Positions 30,002 through 40,665 are shown, numbered from the stretch's first letter. The stretch: 64,000 nucleotides of DNA from an uncultured cyanobacterium (GCA_963703315.1 OY969811.1:3392001-3456000), one strand, 5' to 3'. Notes: generated from the letters alone by a model not told the origin. Numbers and translations: made by a program.

Positions 30002-31523
30002 AAGTGGCACGATCAAGGGTTCGGTATTGAACTGCTTCGGCAATATGGACTATTTGAATATTTTCGGCATTGGCAAGATCCGCGATCGTCCGCGATACCT
30101 TGAGAATGCGATCGGTTGCCCGCGCTGACAAACCTAAACGCTTAATTGCTGCTTCTAATAAATCGCGAGAAGGATCATCTAATTTGCACCATTGACGTAA
30201 ATGCCTAGACTGCATCTGAGCATTGCAATTTACCTTGATTTCTGATTGAAAGCGGTTTTGTTGGATTTTACGTGATGCTTGTACCCTTTCTTTAACCGCG
30301 CTGGAGTTTTCTCCCTCATGAGATCTCGTCATCTCGTCAGGCTTTAATCTAGCGACAGTTACTTGCAAATCAATCCGATCCATTAAAGGTCCTGACAGTT
30401 TTGCCCAATATTGTTCACGCTGTCGGGGTGTGCAGGTACAAGGCTGTACCGAATCGCCGTAATAACCACACTGGCAAGGGTTTGTACTGGCGACGAGCGT
30501 AAATTGGGCTGGAAAAGTTACCGATTGTCTGGTGCGCGAAATGCTCACAAAGCCGTCTTCTAAAGGTTGTCGCAAAAATTCTAAGACATCCCGCTTAAAT
30601 TCAGTAAGCTCATCCAGAAACAAAACCCCATTAGTAGCAAGGGTAATTTCTCCTGGTCTGGGGAAACTCCCACCACCGACTAATGAAGGTCCAGAAGCAG
30701 AATGATGCGGACTCCGAAAGGGGCGATCGCTTACGAGTCCTTTACCTTTTAATAAACCAGCTACAGAGTGAATTCTGGTTACTTCTAAGGCTTCATCAAA
30801 GTTCATGTTCGGCAAAATGCTGGGTAAGCGTCTTGCGAGGAGAGTTTTTCCTGATCCAGGAGGACCAACAAAAATTAAATTATGTCCACCTGCGGCGGCA
30901 ATTTCTAAGGCGCGACGAGCGTGTTGCTGACCTTTAACATCTTTAAGATCTAGCTTAAATTCACTGTCATTCCACTTCAGGTCGGGATTAGCGACTACTG
31001 GTCGATATTTATCGGGATGCGCTAAGAAATCACCGACTTCAGTAATGCTTTGCAAGCCGTACACTGCCATGCCTTTAACTAAAGCGGCTTCCTGAGCATT
31101 TTCCTTTGGGACGATCATCCCCATGATGCCTAGTCGCTGGGCGGCGGCGGCGATCGGTAATACACCTGAAACAGGACGGAGGGAACCATCAAGAGATACT
31201 TCGCCTAAGAATAAATGATCACCTAATAACTGTGGATCAACCTGCTCCGAGGCGGCTAAGATGCCAATACTAATTGGTAGGTCAAAAATAGGACCTTCTT
31301 TACGCAGGTCAGCAGGAGTGAGGTTAATCACAATCTTTCGCATTGGGAAAGCATATCCCGCATTTTTGATTGCTGCCTTAACACGTTCGCGGCTTTCTTG
31401 AACTGCGGTATCGGGTAATCCGACGAGGGTAATTCCGGGCAAGCCACCCAACACATCCACTTCCACCCCTACTTGGATGGCATCGATACCTAAAATTGCG
31501 GCACTCCAAACCCTTGCTAGCAC
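30000..31523 (-). CDS. comM: YifB/ComM Mg-chelatase-like AAA+ ATPase
   Basis: VGLPDTAVQESRERV, GPPGSGKT, RPFRSPHHSAS, FLDEL, NPCQCG. Confidence 0.95.
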   Translation of the reverse strand: MLARVWSAAILGIDAIQVGVEVDVLGGLPGITLVGLPDTAVQESRERVKAAIKNAGYAFPMRKIVINLTPADLRKEGPIFDLPISIGILAASEQVDPQLLGDHLFLGEVSLDGSLRPVSGVLPIAAAAQRLGIMGMIVPKENAQEAALVKGMAVYGLQSITEVGDFLAHPDKYRPVVANPDLKWNDSEFKLDLKDVKGQQHARRALEIAAAGGHNLIFVGPPGSGKTLLARRLPSILPNMNFDEALEVTRIHSVAGLLKGKGLVSDRPFRSPHHSASGPSLVGGGSFPRPGEITLATNGVLFLDELTEFKRDVLEFLRQPLEDGFVSISRTRQSVTFPAQFTLVASTNPCQCGYYGDSVQPCTCTPRQREQYWAKLSGPLMDRIDLQVTVARLKPDEMTRSHEGENSSAVKERVQASRKIQQNRFQSEIKVNCNAQMQSRHLRQWCKLDDPSRDLLEAAIKRLGLSARATDRILKVSRTIADLANAENIQIVHIAEAVQYRTLDRAT

Positions 31524-31670
31524 TTTTTTCTGTGACCAAGCCTTACAAAATTTACTGAATACAAATTACTGTGAGCCAAGACTACCATAAAAAACAAGAG
31601 GCGATTTGCAGTGCAAATCCCCGCAAATCGCCATCTAAAGAGAGTTGATACGCTTCATGATTTAGCTCTT

Positions 31671-31955
31671 TTAATGCTCCGACAAACTAAGCGATCGCAT
31701 ATTAATTTCTTGTAATTCGGGAATTTCTACTAATGTGACAGTTGCCACTCTTTCATGGAAGGATTCATTTAAGAATGAATTGCGGGCATCGGTGGAGTAC
31801 CAAGATGATTCAAAAGGATGGTCTGCAAGGCTACAAGCTTCCCATGTAGAAATAACAGGCACATCTAATTTTCCACAAAATCCGCCCCTTCTTCCTTCAG
31901 GATTATAATGCTGACACAATTTGCAAGCTGTAACTGAGTTACCTGAAGTGTTCAT
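31671..31955 (-). CDS. Small Cys-rich cyanobacterial hypothetical protein, possibly metal-binding
   Basis: CKLCQHYNPEGRRGGFC...WEAC. Confidence 0.7.
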   Translation of the reverse strand: MNTSGNSVTACKLCQHYNPEGRRGGFCGKLDVPVISTWEACSLADHPFESSWYSTDARNSFLNESFHERVATVTLVEIPELQEINMRSLSLSEH

Positions 31956-32269
31956 ATATCTAAATTTGGCTTTGCCAAAATTATTAAAATTAATTTTGTT
32001 AATTGATTTAATTATGACGCTCAGGTTTTAGCTATAAATTAGCTTCTATCCCTTGCCTAGATAGGATTTCAGTGATCCCGAACAAAAGATTAACTTAATA
32101 ATGTTTTAACTCAATCCTGTAATGCTTTGGTGACAATCTTCTTGGGATTTTTGTTGATCTAAATTAATTACTTGAATAATTAAAAAAACATAAAAATCCC
32201 TCCTAGATCCCCCTAATAAGGAAAGTATGCCCTGAACAAGCATATTTTTTTCACTCATCCCAAAATAAT

Positions 32270-34705
32270 TCATTTCTTGGTTTTGGATATGGCTGTTTTG
32301 CCCTGTAATGTTTCCTCGGCTTTGACAGTAGTTGGTTGTGAGCAAAGATGCTCAGGCAATGCTGAGCCTGAAGGATCAAGCTTATCGGCTAGGTGAGGAT
32401 ATTTAATCCTGCCATGATTGCGCTCTTGCCAGACTTTGATAAACACAGGGGCAATCCGATCTAAATCTTCCCAAGTTAATGAGCAATCCTTAAGTTGTCC
32501 ATCATCCCATCGAGCTTGAAAAATTTTCATCAGTAAACTTTTAGCTGCTTCGAGCGTAGTTTCAGTACCAAGCGATCGCAAAGCCGCTTCACAAGCATCT
32601 GCCAGCATCACAATCCCAGTTTCACGAGATTGGGGGATGGGACCAACATAGCGAAATTCCGACTCGACAACGTGGTCAGATCGCTTTTTAGCTTGATGAT
32701 AGAAATATGCTATCGCAATTGTCCCTTGATGTTCTGGGATAAAGGCTTGCAACATTTCAGGAAGATGATACTTTTGGGCAAGTTTAATGCCTCCTGAAAC
32801 GTGTTCTTTGACAATTTGAGCGCTTCGCCAAGGATCATTAAGGATGTCATGGGGATTAGGCTGTCCCATTTGATTTTCGATAAAATATTCAGGGCGAATC
32901 GTCTTGCCAATGTCGTGATAGAGCGTACCTGTTCTCACTAGGGTCGTATCGGCTCCTAGTTCACGGGCGGCGGCTTCCGCAAGGTTTGCGACAAATAAAG
33001 TGTGCTGAAAGGTGCCGGGGGTTTCGCTGACTAAGCGCCGTAGTAAAGGGCGATCAAGGTTAGCTAGTTCCGCAAGCCGAAATGGGGTGAGGGCGTAAGA
33101 AATATGTTCTAGATAGGGAATTGCCCCAAGAGCGACGATCGCGGAAATTAGTCCTCCTGAAGCATACTGAAGTGCTGTGATTACGATCAAGATCGGTGGT
33201 GTAGAGCCGCCAATAATGACGATCGCCATGTATACAGCCGCTTGCAAAAATCCTATTAGTAAACCTGTAGCCGCAAGGTGCGATCGCGTGAGAGGACGGT
33301 TAGTAAGGGCGGCAGCGACGATTGCTCCAATCAGTACAGGTGTAAGAGCGAGTAAGTTAGGACTAATGGCGATCGCTAGCAAGCTCGATGTCAGACAGGT
33401 AATCAACAGGGCAAGGCGAGAGCTATAAAAACTACCGATGATTAAACCCATACTCGCTAAGGGGACAAATACCAGCATATTAGGAGCCATTAGCACTGTC
33501 GCTAAGATACTACCTGTGCAGATAATGCCAAGCGCTAACAGATCTTTAGTGTGGAGTCTGACCTTTAGTAAATATTGCCATCGTTGATTTGCATAACCCA
33601 AAATGCCAAAGGCGATCGCTGTAGTACCGACCATCAAAGCTAATCCCGTGAGATTAATTTGTCTTTGCGTCATTTTCAGTTCATCTAAAATCACAAACTG
33701 ACGCTCAGTAATTTTTTCGCCCCCTTTGACAATCACATCACCTGCTTTTAGGGAAATTCTATGCGGTTGCACTGATTCCGAAGCTTTGATTGCTCTTTCA
33801 GTTGTACTAACATAGTCAATTGTCATATTTGGCTTGACTGTAGCACTGAGCAATGCGATCGCCATTGCCCGATGTTCTTCACTAGTCGGTAAATTGTTGA
33901 GACTTCTGAGCCTTCTAACCAGCATTTCCTCGGGTAATCCCATCACCAAACCTGAAGACTGCATATCGAGTAATGCTTGGCGGGTCAGTTTTTTGTTAGT
34001 CTCCCACTCCTCATTGGTCATTTCTAAGAGGCGATCGCGAAACATGGCGGGACCTTTTGCTGCTTTCTCCTGAGTCATCGCATAGGCTTTGCGAACCTCA
34101 GTGATCTTATTGATCAGATTTTGATAATTTTGAGGAAGCGCATTGATTTTGTATAAAGTTAGCTCAGCCAATGCTACAGAAGGAGATTCTTGATCTTTAT
34201 TGATCGCGCTTGATATTGCCGAAACCTGATTATTAACACTAATGGCTAATCTATTCACTCGTCCCTGTAGCTGTTCCCACTCTAGGTCAGCAATGCGCCG
34301 TAAATACCTCTGGACATCATCACTGAGGATTGTGCGATCAACGTAGGGCAAACTACCAGAGGACACCCGCAATTTGTCACCAACTTGCAATAGCTCTTCC
34401 AAATGATTGACAGCGTTAGCATCAATCTCAGGATTTCGGCGATAGATGGGGATTACTTGCTGCTTGGCTAACTCTTGTGCCTGTTTGGTCGCCTCAATGT
34501 CAGTTGCGGTGATTGTTTTTGGTGCTTTTAAATCTTGATCAACAAATGTGCCAATAGTTAAGCGTGGTTCAGAATAAAACCTAATGCTCAAGGTTGAAAT
34601 GATGCAGACAAAGGTAATTCCGATAACAGCTCTACAAGACCACTTTCGAGATATGCGATGGGTCGTCTCAGGAAGAACCGATGAATGGGTGGGAGCAATT
34701 CCCAT
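32270..34705 (-). CDS. 7TM-HDIG phosphohydrolase (PgpH-like, candidate c-di-AMP phosphodiesterase)
   Basis: N-terminal TM, large extracellular domain, multi-TM block, PGTFQH, YHDIGK, EHQGT, MLADACEAA. Confidence 0.88.
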   Translation of the reverse strand: MGIAPTHSSVLPETTHRISRKWSCRAVIGITFVCIISTLSIRFYSEPRLTIGTFVDQDLKAPKTITATDIEATKQAQELAKQQVIPIYRRNPEIDANAVNHLEELLQVGDKLRVSSGSLPYVDRTILSDDVQRYLRRIADLEWEQLQGRVNRLAISVNNQVSAISSAINKDQESPSVALAELTLYKINALPQNYQNLINKITEVRKAYAMTQEKAAKGPAMFRDRLLEMTNEEWETNKKLTRQALLDMQSSGLVMGLPEEMLVRRLRSLNNLPTSEEHRAMAIALLSATVKPNMTIDYVSTTERAIKASESVQPHRISLKAGDVIVKGGEKITERQFVILDELKMTQRQINLTGLALMVGTTAIAFGILGYANQRWQYLLKVRLHTKDLLALGIICTGSILATVLMAPNMLVFVPLASMGLIIGSFYSSRLALLITCLTSSLLAIAISPNLLALTPVLIGAIVAAALTNRPLTRSHLAATGLLIGFLQAAVYMAIVIIGGSTPPILIVITALQYASGGLISAIVALGAIPYLEHISYALTPFRLAELANLDRPLLRRLVSETPGTFQHTLFVANLAEAAARELGADTTLVRTGTLYHDIGKTIRPEYFIENQMGQPNPHDILNDPWRSAQIVKEHVSGGIKLAQKYHLPEMLQAFIPEHQGTIAIAYFYHQAKKRSDHVVESEFRYVGPIPQSRETGIVMLADACEAALRSLGTETTLEAAKSLLMKIFQARWDDGQLKDCSLTWEDLDRIAPVFIKVWQERNHGRIKYPHLADKLDPSGSALPEHLCSQPTTVKAEETLQGKTAISKTKK

Positions 34706-34895
34706 AGTTTAATTACTCTTATTTAAAAGGGTGCGTGAATATTAAGTGCTATTTTTTTAAGATTGCCGTTATACAAGTTGCCGCTTGGTGATCTTTTGTA
34801 GTCTAGATGTACCAGATCCCCAAGGTTAATTTCAATCAAAAAACTTAAAATCTGCCTTTTGTTTTTTGACTGACTATGTTTGCCTGACTGTGACA

Positions 34896-34986
34896 TATAG
34901 CTATAGCTGTCACCGAAGCAAGTTGTGGCGCGAAGCGCCGCAACTTGCTTTTGGTTTTGTGTCCTAACAAGACTTGCGACAGCTAT
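34896..34986. mobile_element. Degenerate family B-like MITE
   Basis: TATAGCTATAGC...GCAAGTTGTGGCGC-GAA-GCGCCGCAACTTGC...GTCCTAAC...AGCTATA. Confidence 0.6.
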
Positions 34987-35070
34987 AAAAATCCAAAAAT
35001 ATTGGGTTTTTTAAGATGAGGATATATAACGTAAAGCTTCTCAAATCCTTATCTCTAAAGAATTTTAATA

Positions 35071-35524
35071 GGAAGAGCAAGACATAAGCCGGGTTCTGTT
35101 TTAGGAGTTTTAGAAACTGCCTTAGCGGTTATCTATCTGGGATATTTGTTACCAAATACCTCTTGCGGCACACACTTAATGGCGATCGCCTAGTTTTCAC
35201 TAGTCTCCGCATTAAGCAACGAATCCAAGATCAATTGAAGATCGCAACACTTGGCTCCTCTCGCCTTGCTTCCAACTGGGGTTTACCGAGCCAGAGCCTC
35301 ACGACTCTGCTGGTGCGCTCTTAACACACCTTTGCACCCTTACCGATTGTGGAATCCACAATCGGCGGTATTTTTCTGTGGCACTATCCTCACGATCACT
35401 CGCACTGGGAGTTATCCAGCAGCCTGATCTTCGTGGAAGCCCGGACTTTCCTCAAAACCTGTACTCAAAATAAACTTTAGGTAATATTCTGAGACAAATT
35501 TCGCAACCGCACGCTTACTCTTCC
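35071..35524 (-). ncRNA. rnpB: RNase P RNA, type A
   Basis: Minus strand has GAGGAAAGTCCGGGCT, AGTGCCACAGAAAA, GGTAAACCCC and AACAGAACCCGGCTTA; P1 ends GGAAGAG/CTCTTCC pair. Confidence 0.97.
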
Positions 35525-35542
35525 TTAATTACCATTATGTAC

Positions 35543-35646
35543 TAAGTAGCTGGGCATAATTACAAAACAGAGCCAAAAGCTGTGGCGCACGCTGTGCGTG
35601 CGCCACAGCTTTTGGGATTTTATATTTAATTGCGCCTAGCTACTGA
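35543..35646. mobile_element. MITE family D, 104 bp
   Basis: AGTAGCTGGGCATAATTA ... TAATTGCGCCTAGCTACT imperfect TIRs; central hairpin CCAAAAGCTGTGGCGCACGC-TGT-GCGTGCGCCACAGCTTTTGG. Confidence 0.7.
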
Positions 35647-35886
35647 CAATCATGGGGAATAGAAATGGTTTCCTAAGATGAGTTGAGAGGGCGCAACAAA
35701 AGTCTGACTGGTAAAATCCATACAAAAGCTGCTATAAGTATGCGGAAATAATGTTTATCAAAATCAAATAGTTTTGCTAAACTATCTGGTTATTCGAGGT
35801 TTCACTAAAAAGCCTCAATTCAGCCGATCTAAATCACATTAAAAATCCAATACATTCTTTGCTTACAGGTGTGAGTGACTAACTAA

Positions 35887-36705
35887 ATGATGAAACACTT
35901 CTCCAAAGGGATGTACACGCTACTTTTGTCCTTGATAATAGTGCTAGTTGCAGGCGTATCTCAGGCTGCTGCATCTGGTTTATTGAGGGTTTTGGTTAAA
36001 GAGGAAAATAGCTCCAAAATGTCTGTAGCTGTAACTCAACCAGCAACTCTGCAAGCTTCAGGACAGGCAAGCCGCCGTCTTGACCCCGGTAAGTGGTATA
36101 CATTGCCCCTTACTTCGGCATATCGGATTACTCCTAGCAATAACGGATTGGTACAAGTCGGTAGCAATCTTTATCCAGGGGAAATCGAATTGCGGGCTTG
36201 GAATAATAAGGCGATCGCGGTTAACGTTTTATCCCTTGAGGAATATCTTCGCAGCGTTGTCCCTAGCGAAATGCCCGCCAGTTGGCACATGGATGCATTA
36301 ATGGCGCAAGCAGTGGCGGCTCGTAGCTATGCGATCAATACTCAACGTCAACGTAAATGGGGTGAGGCTCCTTACGATTTGGTAAGTGATACTCGCGATC
36401 AAGTGTACAAAGGCTTTTATCGCTTTGATCCGAAAACTGGTCAAGCGATCGCCTTAATCCATAGTCGTAGTGATCAAGCGGTTGCCTCAACCGCAGGTTA
36501 TATGCTTAAACCCGGATTTAAAGGCTACTATCGCGCCCGTCTACCCCGCAACTGGATTAGCTGGGGTGGTGGCTATATGCCCGTCTCCGATGGTCAGCAT
36601 CTTGATCAAGAGATGACTCAACAAATGGCAGAACAGGGTTGGAATTGGGTACAAATTTTAGCTTGGTGGTATCGAGATCAACCGATTACACCAAAGAAAA
36701 ATTAA
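35887..36705 (+). CDS. SpoIID/LytB domain protein
   Basis: Signal peptide; VNVLSLEEYLRSVVPSEMPASW..ALMAQAVAARSYA; DQVY. Confidence 0.88.
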   Translation: MMKHFSKGMYTLLLSLIIVLVAGVSQAAASGLLRVLVKEENSSKMSVAVTQPATLQASGQASRRLDPGKWYTLPLTSAYRITPSNNGLVQVGSNLYPGEIELRAWNNKAIAVNVLSLEEYLRSVVPSEMPASWHMDALMAQAVAARSYAINTQRQRKWGEAPYDLVSDTRDQVYKGFYRFDPKTGQAIALIHSRSDQAVASTAGYMLKPGFKGYYRARLPRNWISWGGGYMPVSDGQHLDQEMTQQMAEQGWNWVQILAWWYRDQPITPKKN

Positions 36706-36806
36706 GTAGCTCAGCATAGTTAAAACCCAAAACCAGAGCTTGTGCCGCCCGCTACGCGGGCGGCACAAGCTTCTAGGTTTTAAGTTTACTTATGCCTAGC
36801 TAATTA
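36703..36806. mobile_element. MITE family D, 104 bp, starting at the spoIID-like stop codon
   Basis: TAAGTAGCTCAGCATAG ... TTATGCCTAGCTAATTA; different central hairpin with GCTACGC centre. Confidence 0.65.
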
Positions 36807-36890
36807 AATGTTGATTTCTTCCAAAAGAAGGGGGGGTGACAGTTAGTGTTACCCCTCTTTTTTACTTTTATGTGACTATGGATTTAATCA

Positions 36891-37005
36891 TATAGCAAAG
36901 CAAGTTTTGCTTAGGACATAAAACCAGAAGATGAGTTGCGGCACGATGCGCCGCAACTCGCTTCTTGGGTTTTGGTTTGTACTAGCTAACTCTTTTTTTG
37001 CTATA
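36891..37005. mobile_element. MITE subfamily B2
   Basis: TATAGCAAA...TTTGCTATA ends; inverted sister copy at 54586-54690. Confidence 0.7.
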
Positions 37006-37023
37006 AATATTTTGAGAAAATCT

Positions 37024-37308
37024 ATGGCTATTAAGAAGTTATCTGAAGTGGAAATCTCATCAGCGATCGCCCAGTTAGCTGGCTGGGCAGTAGTCGATCA
37101 AAAGTTACAAAAAAACTTTAAATTTAGTAATTTTGTCGAAGCCTTTGGATTTATCAGCAAAGTGGCGATCGTTGCCGAAAAGATGGGACATCATCCCGAA
37201 CTTTTCAATGTATATAACAAAGTCAGAATTGACCTGACTACCCATGATGCTGATGGTATTAGCGCCCTTGATTTTGAACTAGCCCAAAAAATCGACAAGC
37301 TTTTATAA
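37024..37308 (+). CDS. phhB: 4a-hydroxytetrahydrobiopterin dehydratase (PCD)
   Basis: AEKMGHHPE and [10 protein letters not shown] motifs; the N-terminal extension in the ORF track comes from the MITE. Confidence 0.9.
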   Translation: MAIKKLSEVEISSAIAQLAGWAVVDQKLQKNFKFSNFVEAFGFISKVAIVAEKMGHHPELFNVYNKVRIDLTTHDADGISALDFELAQKIDKLL

Positions 37309-37340
37309 GCAAAGAGTCGCGCAAAGCGCGACTCTTTGCT

Positions 37341-38330
37341 TTATGCATGGCGTTTTTGATGCCATTGCCATGCGTGTTGCAAAATCAGATTAATATCGGC
37401 ATATTTCGGTTGCCAATTCAAGGTTTTGCGAGCTTTATCAGCACTGCCCACTAAAGCAGGTGGATCACCTACGCGGCGATCGCCAAAAATCACATTAATC
37501 GGCTTCCCTGTAATTTGCTTGGCAGCATCAATCACTTCCTTTACCGAAAAGCCATTGCCATTACCAAGATTAAAAATTTCACTCTTGTTCCCGTTGAGCA
37601 AATATTGCAAGCCCAGTACATGAGCATCAGCAAGGTCATTCACATGAATATAGTCACGGATGCAAGTACCATCAGCAGTCGGATAATCCGTGCCATAGAC
37701 AGTAATTGCCTCCCGCTTGCCCAAAGCTGTTTGCAGGACTAATGGAATTAAGTGAGTTTCAGGATTGTGATCCTCACCGATCGCCCCATCAGGATCGGCT
37801 CCTGCGGCGTTGAAATATCTAAAAATTACAGACTTTAAGTTATAGGCAACATCAAAATCCTGCAAAATGCGCTCCACCATCAACTTAGTTGCCCCGTAAG
37901 GATTGATCGGTGATTGGGGATGATCTTCGGTAATTGGAGTTTGTTGTGGGACTCCGTAAGTCGCACAGGTGGAGGAAAAAACGAAAGTCTTAATATTCGC
38001 TGCCACCATTGCCTCTAACAGTGACAAAGTTCCCATTACATTGTTGCGATAGTACTTGTCGGGCTGATTTACCGACTCACCAACGTAGGCATAAGCGGCA
38101 AAGTGCATGACCGCGCTAATCGCGCGATCGCTAAATAATTGATCGAGCAATGCGCGATCGTTAGTATCACCAACAATTAATTCCGCCCCTAGTGTTTCCG
38201 CAATATCTTGGTGACCATAGACCAGATTATCTAAAATCAAAACCTCATAACCTGATCGTTGCAGCGCTTTGACTGCATGGGAGCCGATATAGCCCGCACC
38301 ACCTGTGACGAGAATTGTTTGCTTGCTCAT
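37341..38330 (-). CDS. galE: UDP-glucose 4-epimerase
   Basis: TGGAGYIGSH, HFAA, YGATK, RYFNAAG, RDYIHV; ATG at 38330. Confidence 0.95.
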   Translation of the reverse strand: MSKQTILVTGGAGYIGSHAVKALQRSGYEVLILDNLVYGHQDIAETLGAELIVGDTNDRALLDQLFSDRAISAVMHFAAYAYVGESVNQPDKYYRNNVMGTLSLLEAMVAANIKTFVFSSTCATYGVPQQTPITEDHPQSPINPYGATKLMVERILQDFDVAYNLKSVIFRYFNAAGADPDGAIGEDHNPETHLIPLVLQTALGKREAITVYGTDYPTADGTCIRDYIHVNDLADAHVLGLQYLLNGNKSEIFNLGNGNGFSVKEVIDAAKQITGKPINVIFGDRRVGDPPALVGSADKARKTLNWQPKYADINLILQHAWQWHQKRHA

Positions 38331-38394
38331 GACTTTACTAGTTAGGGTAAGGAACCAAATTTTTGTGGCGAGGCAAAGCCTCGCCACAAACTTA

Positions 38395-38679
38395 CTAATT
38401 TAAACGCGATTTCAGAATATCAAAGATTTCAGGAGGAATAGGTGTACGCAGCGATCGCCCTAAGCGATTTTTCTTTTGAGCAATTTGCAAGCATTCTAGT
38501 TTCTTGCATAGGTATGCCGATCGCCCCAAGCCCTGATCAAGTTGAATTTGAAAATGTTTAGTATCGTTCTGATCAACAGGACTAGTCGAGGCGATCGGCA
38601 CACGTACTACTCGCCAGAAATGATCGCGCATGGCGATACATTGGCAACTAACACAACGACGGTGTAGCTTCAGAGCCAA
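38395..38679 (-). CDS. ylxR: YlxR/DUF448 RNA-binding protein
   Basis: RRCVSC, GRSAYLC; follows nusA. Confidence 0.88.
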   Translation of the reverse strand: MALKLHRRCVSCQCIAMRDHFWRVVRVPIASTSPVDQNDTKHFQIQLDQGLGRSAYLCKKLECLQIAQKKNRLGRSLRTPIPPEIFDILKSRLN

Positions 38680-38685
38680 ACTGAT

Positions 38686-39915
38686 TTACTCCTCATTCTC
38701 TTCTTCATTTTCCTGCTCTTGGTCAAGGTTTCTCACCACCCTTGTCGAACTTTCCAGAGCCTTACGCTCTTCCTCATCGTAATCATATTTCGCCGAATTT
38801 TTGATATCGATTTTCCAACCCGTCAGACGCGCCGCCAATCGTACATTTTGTCCTTCTTTGCCGATCGCCAAACTTAGCTGATCTTCAGGCACAAGAACAT
38901 GGGCGATTCTCTCATCTGCATTAATCAACCGCACTTCCTGAATCCGTGCAGGACTGAGGGAGTTGGCAATATAGGTCGAAGGATCGGGAGACCATCGGAT
39001 CACATCAATTTTTTCGCCACGCAGTTCAGCTACAACCGCTTGAATTCTTGCTCCTCGCGCCCCAATGCAAGCACCTACAGGATCAACATCGCGCTCTAAT
39101 GTATCGACAGCAATTTTCGTGCGAGGACCAACGGCAGGCGATGGGGGATTGGCTTCTCTTGCCACAGCGACGATCCGTACAATTTCTTCCTCAATTTCAG
39201 GCACTTCATTGGCAAACAAATACACCACTAAGCCTGCATCTGCCCGTGAGACTAGTAGCTGTGGTCCCCGTCGTGAGCCTTCAAACACTTTCTTGAGATA
39301 AACCTTGATTGTCGTATTGGGGCGATAGGGTCTTTCCCCTGCCAGTTGCTCTCGCTTCGGTAATTCAGCCTCAACTTCAGGCTGTCCAAACCCACTGCTC
39401 ACTGCCACGATTACCGAAGTTGTTTCAAATCGCAGTACCCGACCTTGGAGAACAGTACCTTCAACATCTTGAAATTCTTCTTGGATGATCTTGCGTTGTT
39501 GATCTCTCAGTTTTTGAGCTAGGACTTGTTTAGTTTGGATCGCTGCCATGCGTCCAAAGTCGCCCTGTTCTGGAGTCACATCCACTACTACAGTTCCACC
39601 CGCTTGGGCTTCAGGAGCAACTTCACGCACTTCTGACAGTCCAATTTCATGATCCGAATCGCCTACTTCATCGACAATCGTTTTGGTCGCTAAAACCCGA
39701 AATCCCTCACCTTCGAGATCTAGCTCTACATCAAAATTATTGAAATGCTCTTCTTCAAAGTTAATGCCATCGGAACGGTAGGTCTTACGAAATTTTTCGT
39801 AGCCTTTCAGTAATGCCTCACGGAGAGCATTTTGGACAGCGTGCTTAGGAAGATTACGCTCCTTGCTAATCACTTCCACCATCTGACCTAATCCAGGTAA
39901 ATTCAACAATGACAT
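38686..39915 (-). CDS. nusA: Transcription elongation factor NusA
   Basis: FGRMAAIQTKQ, EVPEI, DPVGACIG, SLAIGKEGQNVRLA. Confidence 0.97.
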   Translation of the reverse strand: MSLLNLPGLGQMVEVISKERNLPKHAVQNALREALLKGYEKFRKTYRSDGINFEEEHFNNFDVELDLEGEGFRVLATKTIVDEVGDSDHEIGLSEVREVAPEAQAGGTVVVDVTPEQGDFGRMAAIQTKQVLAQKLRDQQRKIIQEEFQDVEGTVLQGRVLRFETTSVIVAVSSGFGQPEVEAELPKREQLAGERPYRPNTTIKVYLKKVFEGSRRGPQLLVSRADAGLVVYLFANEVPEIEEEIVRIVAVAREANPPSPAVGPRTKIAVDTLERDVDPVGACIGARGARIQAVVAELRGEKIDVIRWSPDPSTYIANSLSPARIQEVRLINADERIAHVLVPEDQLSLAIGKEGQNVRLAARLTGWKIDIKNSAKYDYDEEERKALESSTRVVRNLDQEQENEEENEE

Positions 39916-40018
39916 AAGTTTTTCTCGTTTTTTGATTCTATTTAATTTTTATAAAAATTCAAAAACTGGCATTACCAGTTTTTGAATTTAAAAACCTTAC
40001 TGGGTTTAGTTGGCAGGA

Positions 40019-40480
40019 TTATTCGGCTTTTGCAAGCTCAACGCGATCAACAAGTTCACGAGGAATATTGACAATGCGCCCCTTGATGCTAATCGTGACC
40101 TGCGTCTCATTGCGTGAGACTAAATGCCCAACCCAACTTTGTTTGCCTTCATGGGGAACGGTCGTGCTAACTGTCACCATAAAACCTTTGAAAGCAATAA
40201 ATTCGCGATCGCCCTGTAACTGACGTTCTGCCCCTGGGCTAGAAATTTCTAACACATAGGCATGGGGAATTATATCAACCTCATCTAGAGTTGGCTCTAG
40301 CGCACGACTCATCCGTTCACAATCATCTAGCCCTGTATCTTGTTCAGGATTACGAATATCGACCCGCAACACCACAGGGTTTTTATTGGTATACAAAACC
40401 ACATCGACCACCTCTAACCCAAGGGGCGAGGCAACTTCTTCAGCAATTTGAAAAATTTGCGGAATTAGAGGATGACTCAT
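40019..40480 (-). CDS. rimP: Ribosome maturation factor RimP
   Basis: LDDCE, YVLEISSPGAER; upstream of nusA. Confidence 0.95.
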   Translation of the reverse strand: MSHPLIPQIFQIAEEVASPLGLEVVDVVLYTNKNPVVLRVDIRNPEQDTGLDDCERMSRALEPTLDEVDIIPHAYVLEISSPGAERQLQGDREFIAFKGFMVTVSTTVPHEGKQSWVGHLVSRNETQVTISIKGRIVNIPRELVDRVELAKAE

Positions 40481-40630
40481 AGAATTTAAAATATGAACGT
40501 TTATTCTGGTTTTAATACCAAAACTAAAAATGGCTACGCCATTTTTAGTTTTGAGTCAAGCCGATAAAAAGCGAGTTTCAGAGCAGGTTTATTTGTAAAT
40601 TAAAAAAACAAACTTACAAAACAAGCCTAC

Positions 40631-40665
40631 AAAACAAAAAAGTGGGACAATCGCCCACTCTTTGA
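40631..40665 (-). promoter_or_regulatory. rimP leader terminator hairpin (attenuator)
   Basis: Minus strand AAAGAGTGGGCGATTGTCCCACTTTTTTGTTTT about 150 nt upstream of rimP; GAGTGGG..CCCACT hairpin plus U tract is typical of rimP leaders. Confidence 0.65.

Noticed and set aside
32106..32345. 79-aa ORF overlapping the HD hydrolase end
   Set aside because: AT-rich, no motifs, spans the likely promoter of the next gene
36931..37023. N-terminal extension of PCD in the ORF track
   Set aside because: Starts inside a MITE; the domain begins at ATG 37024
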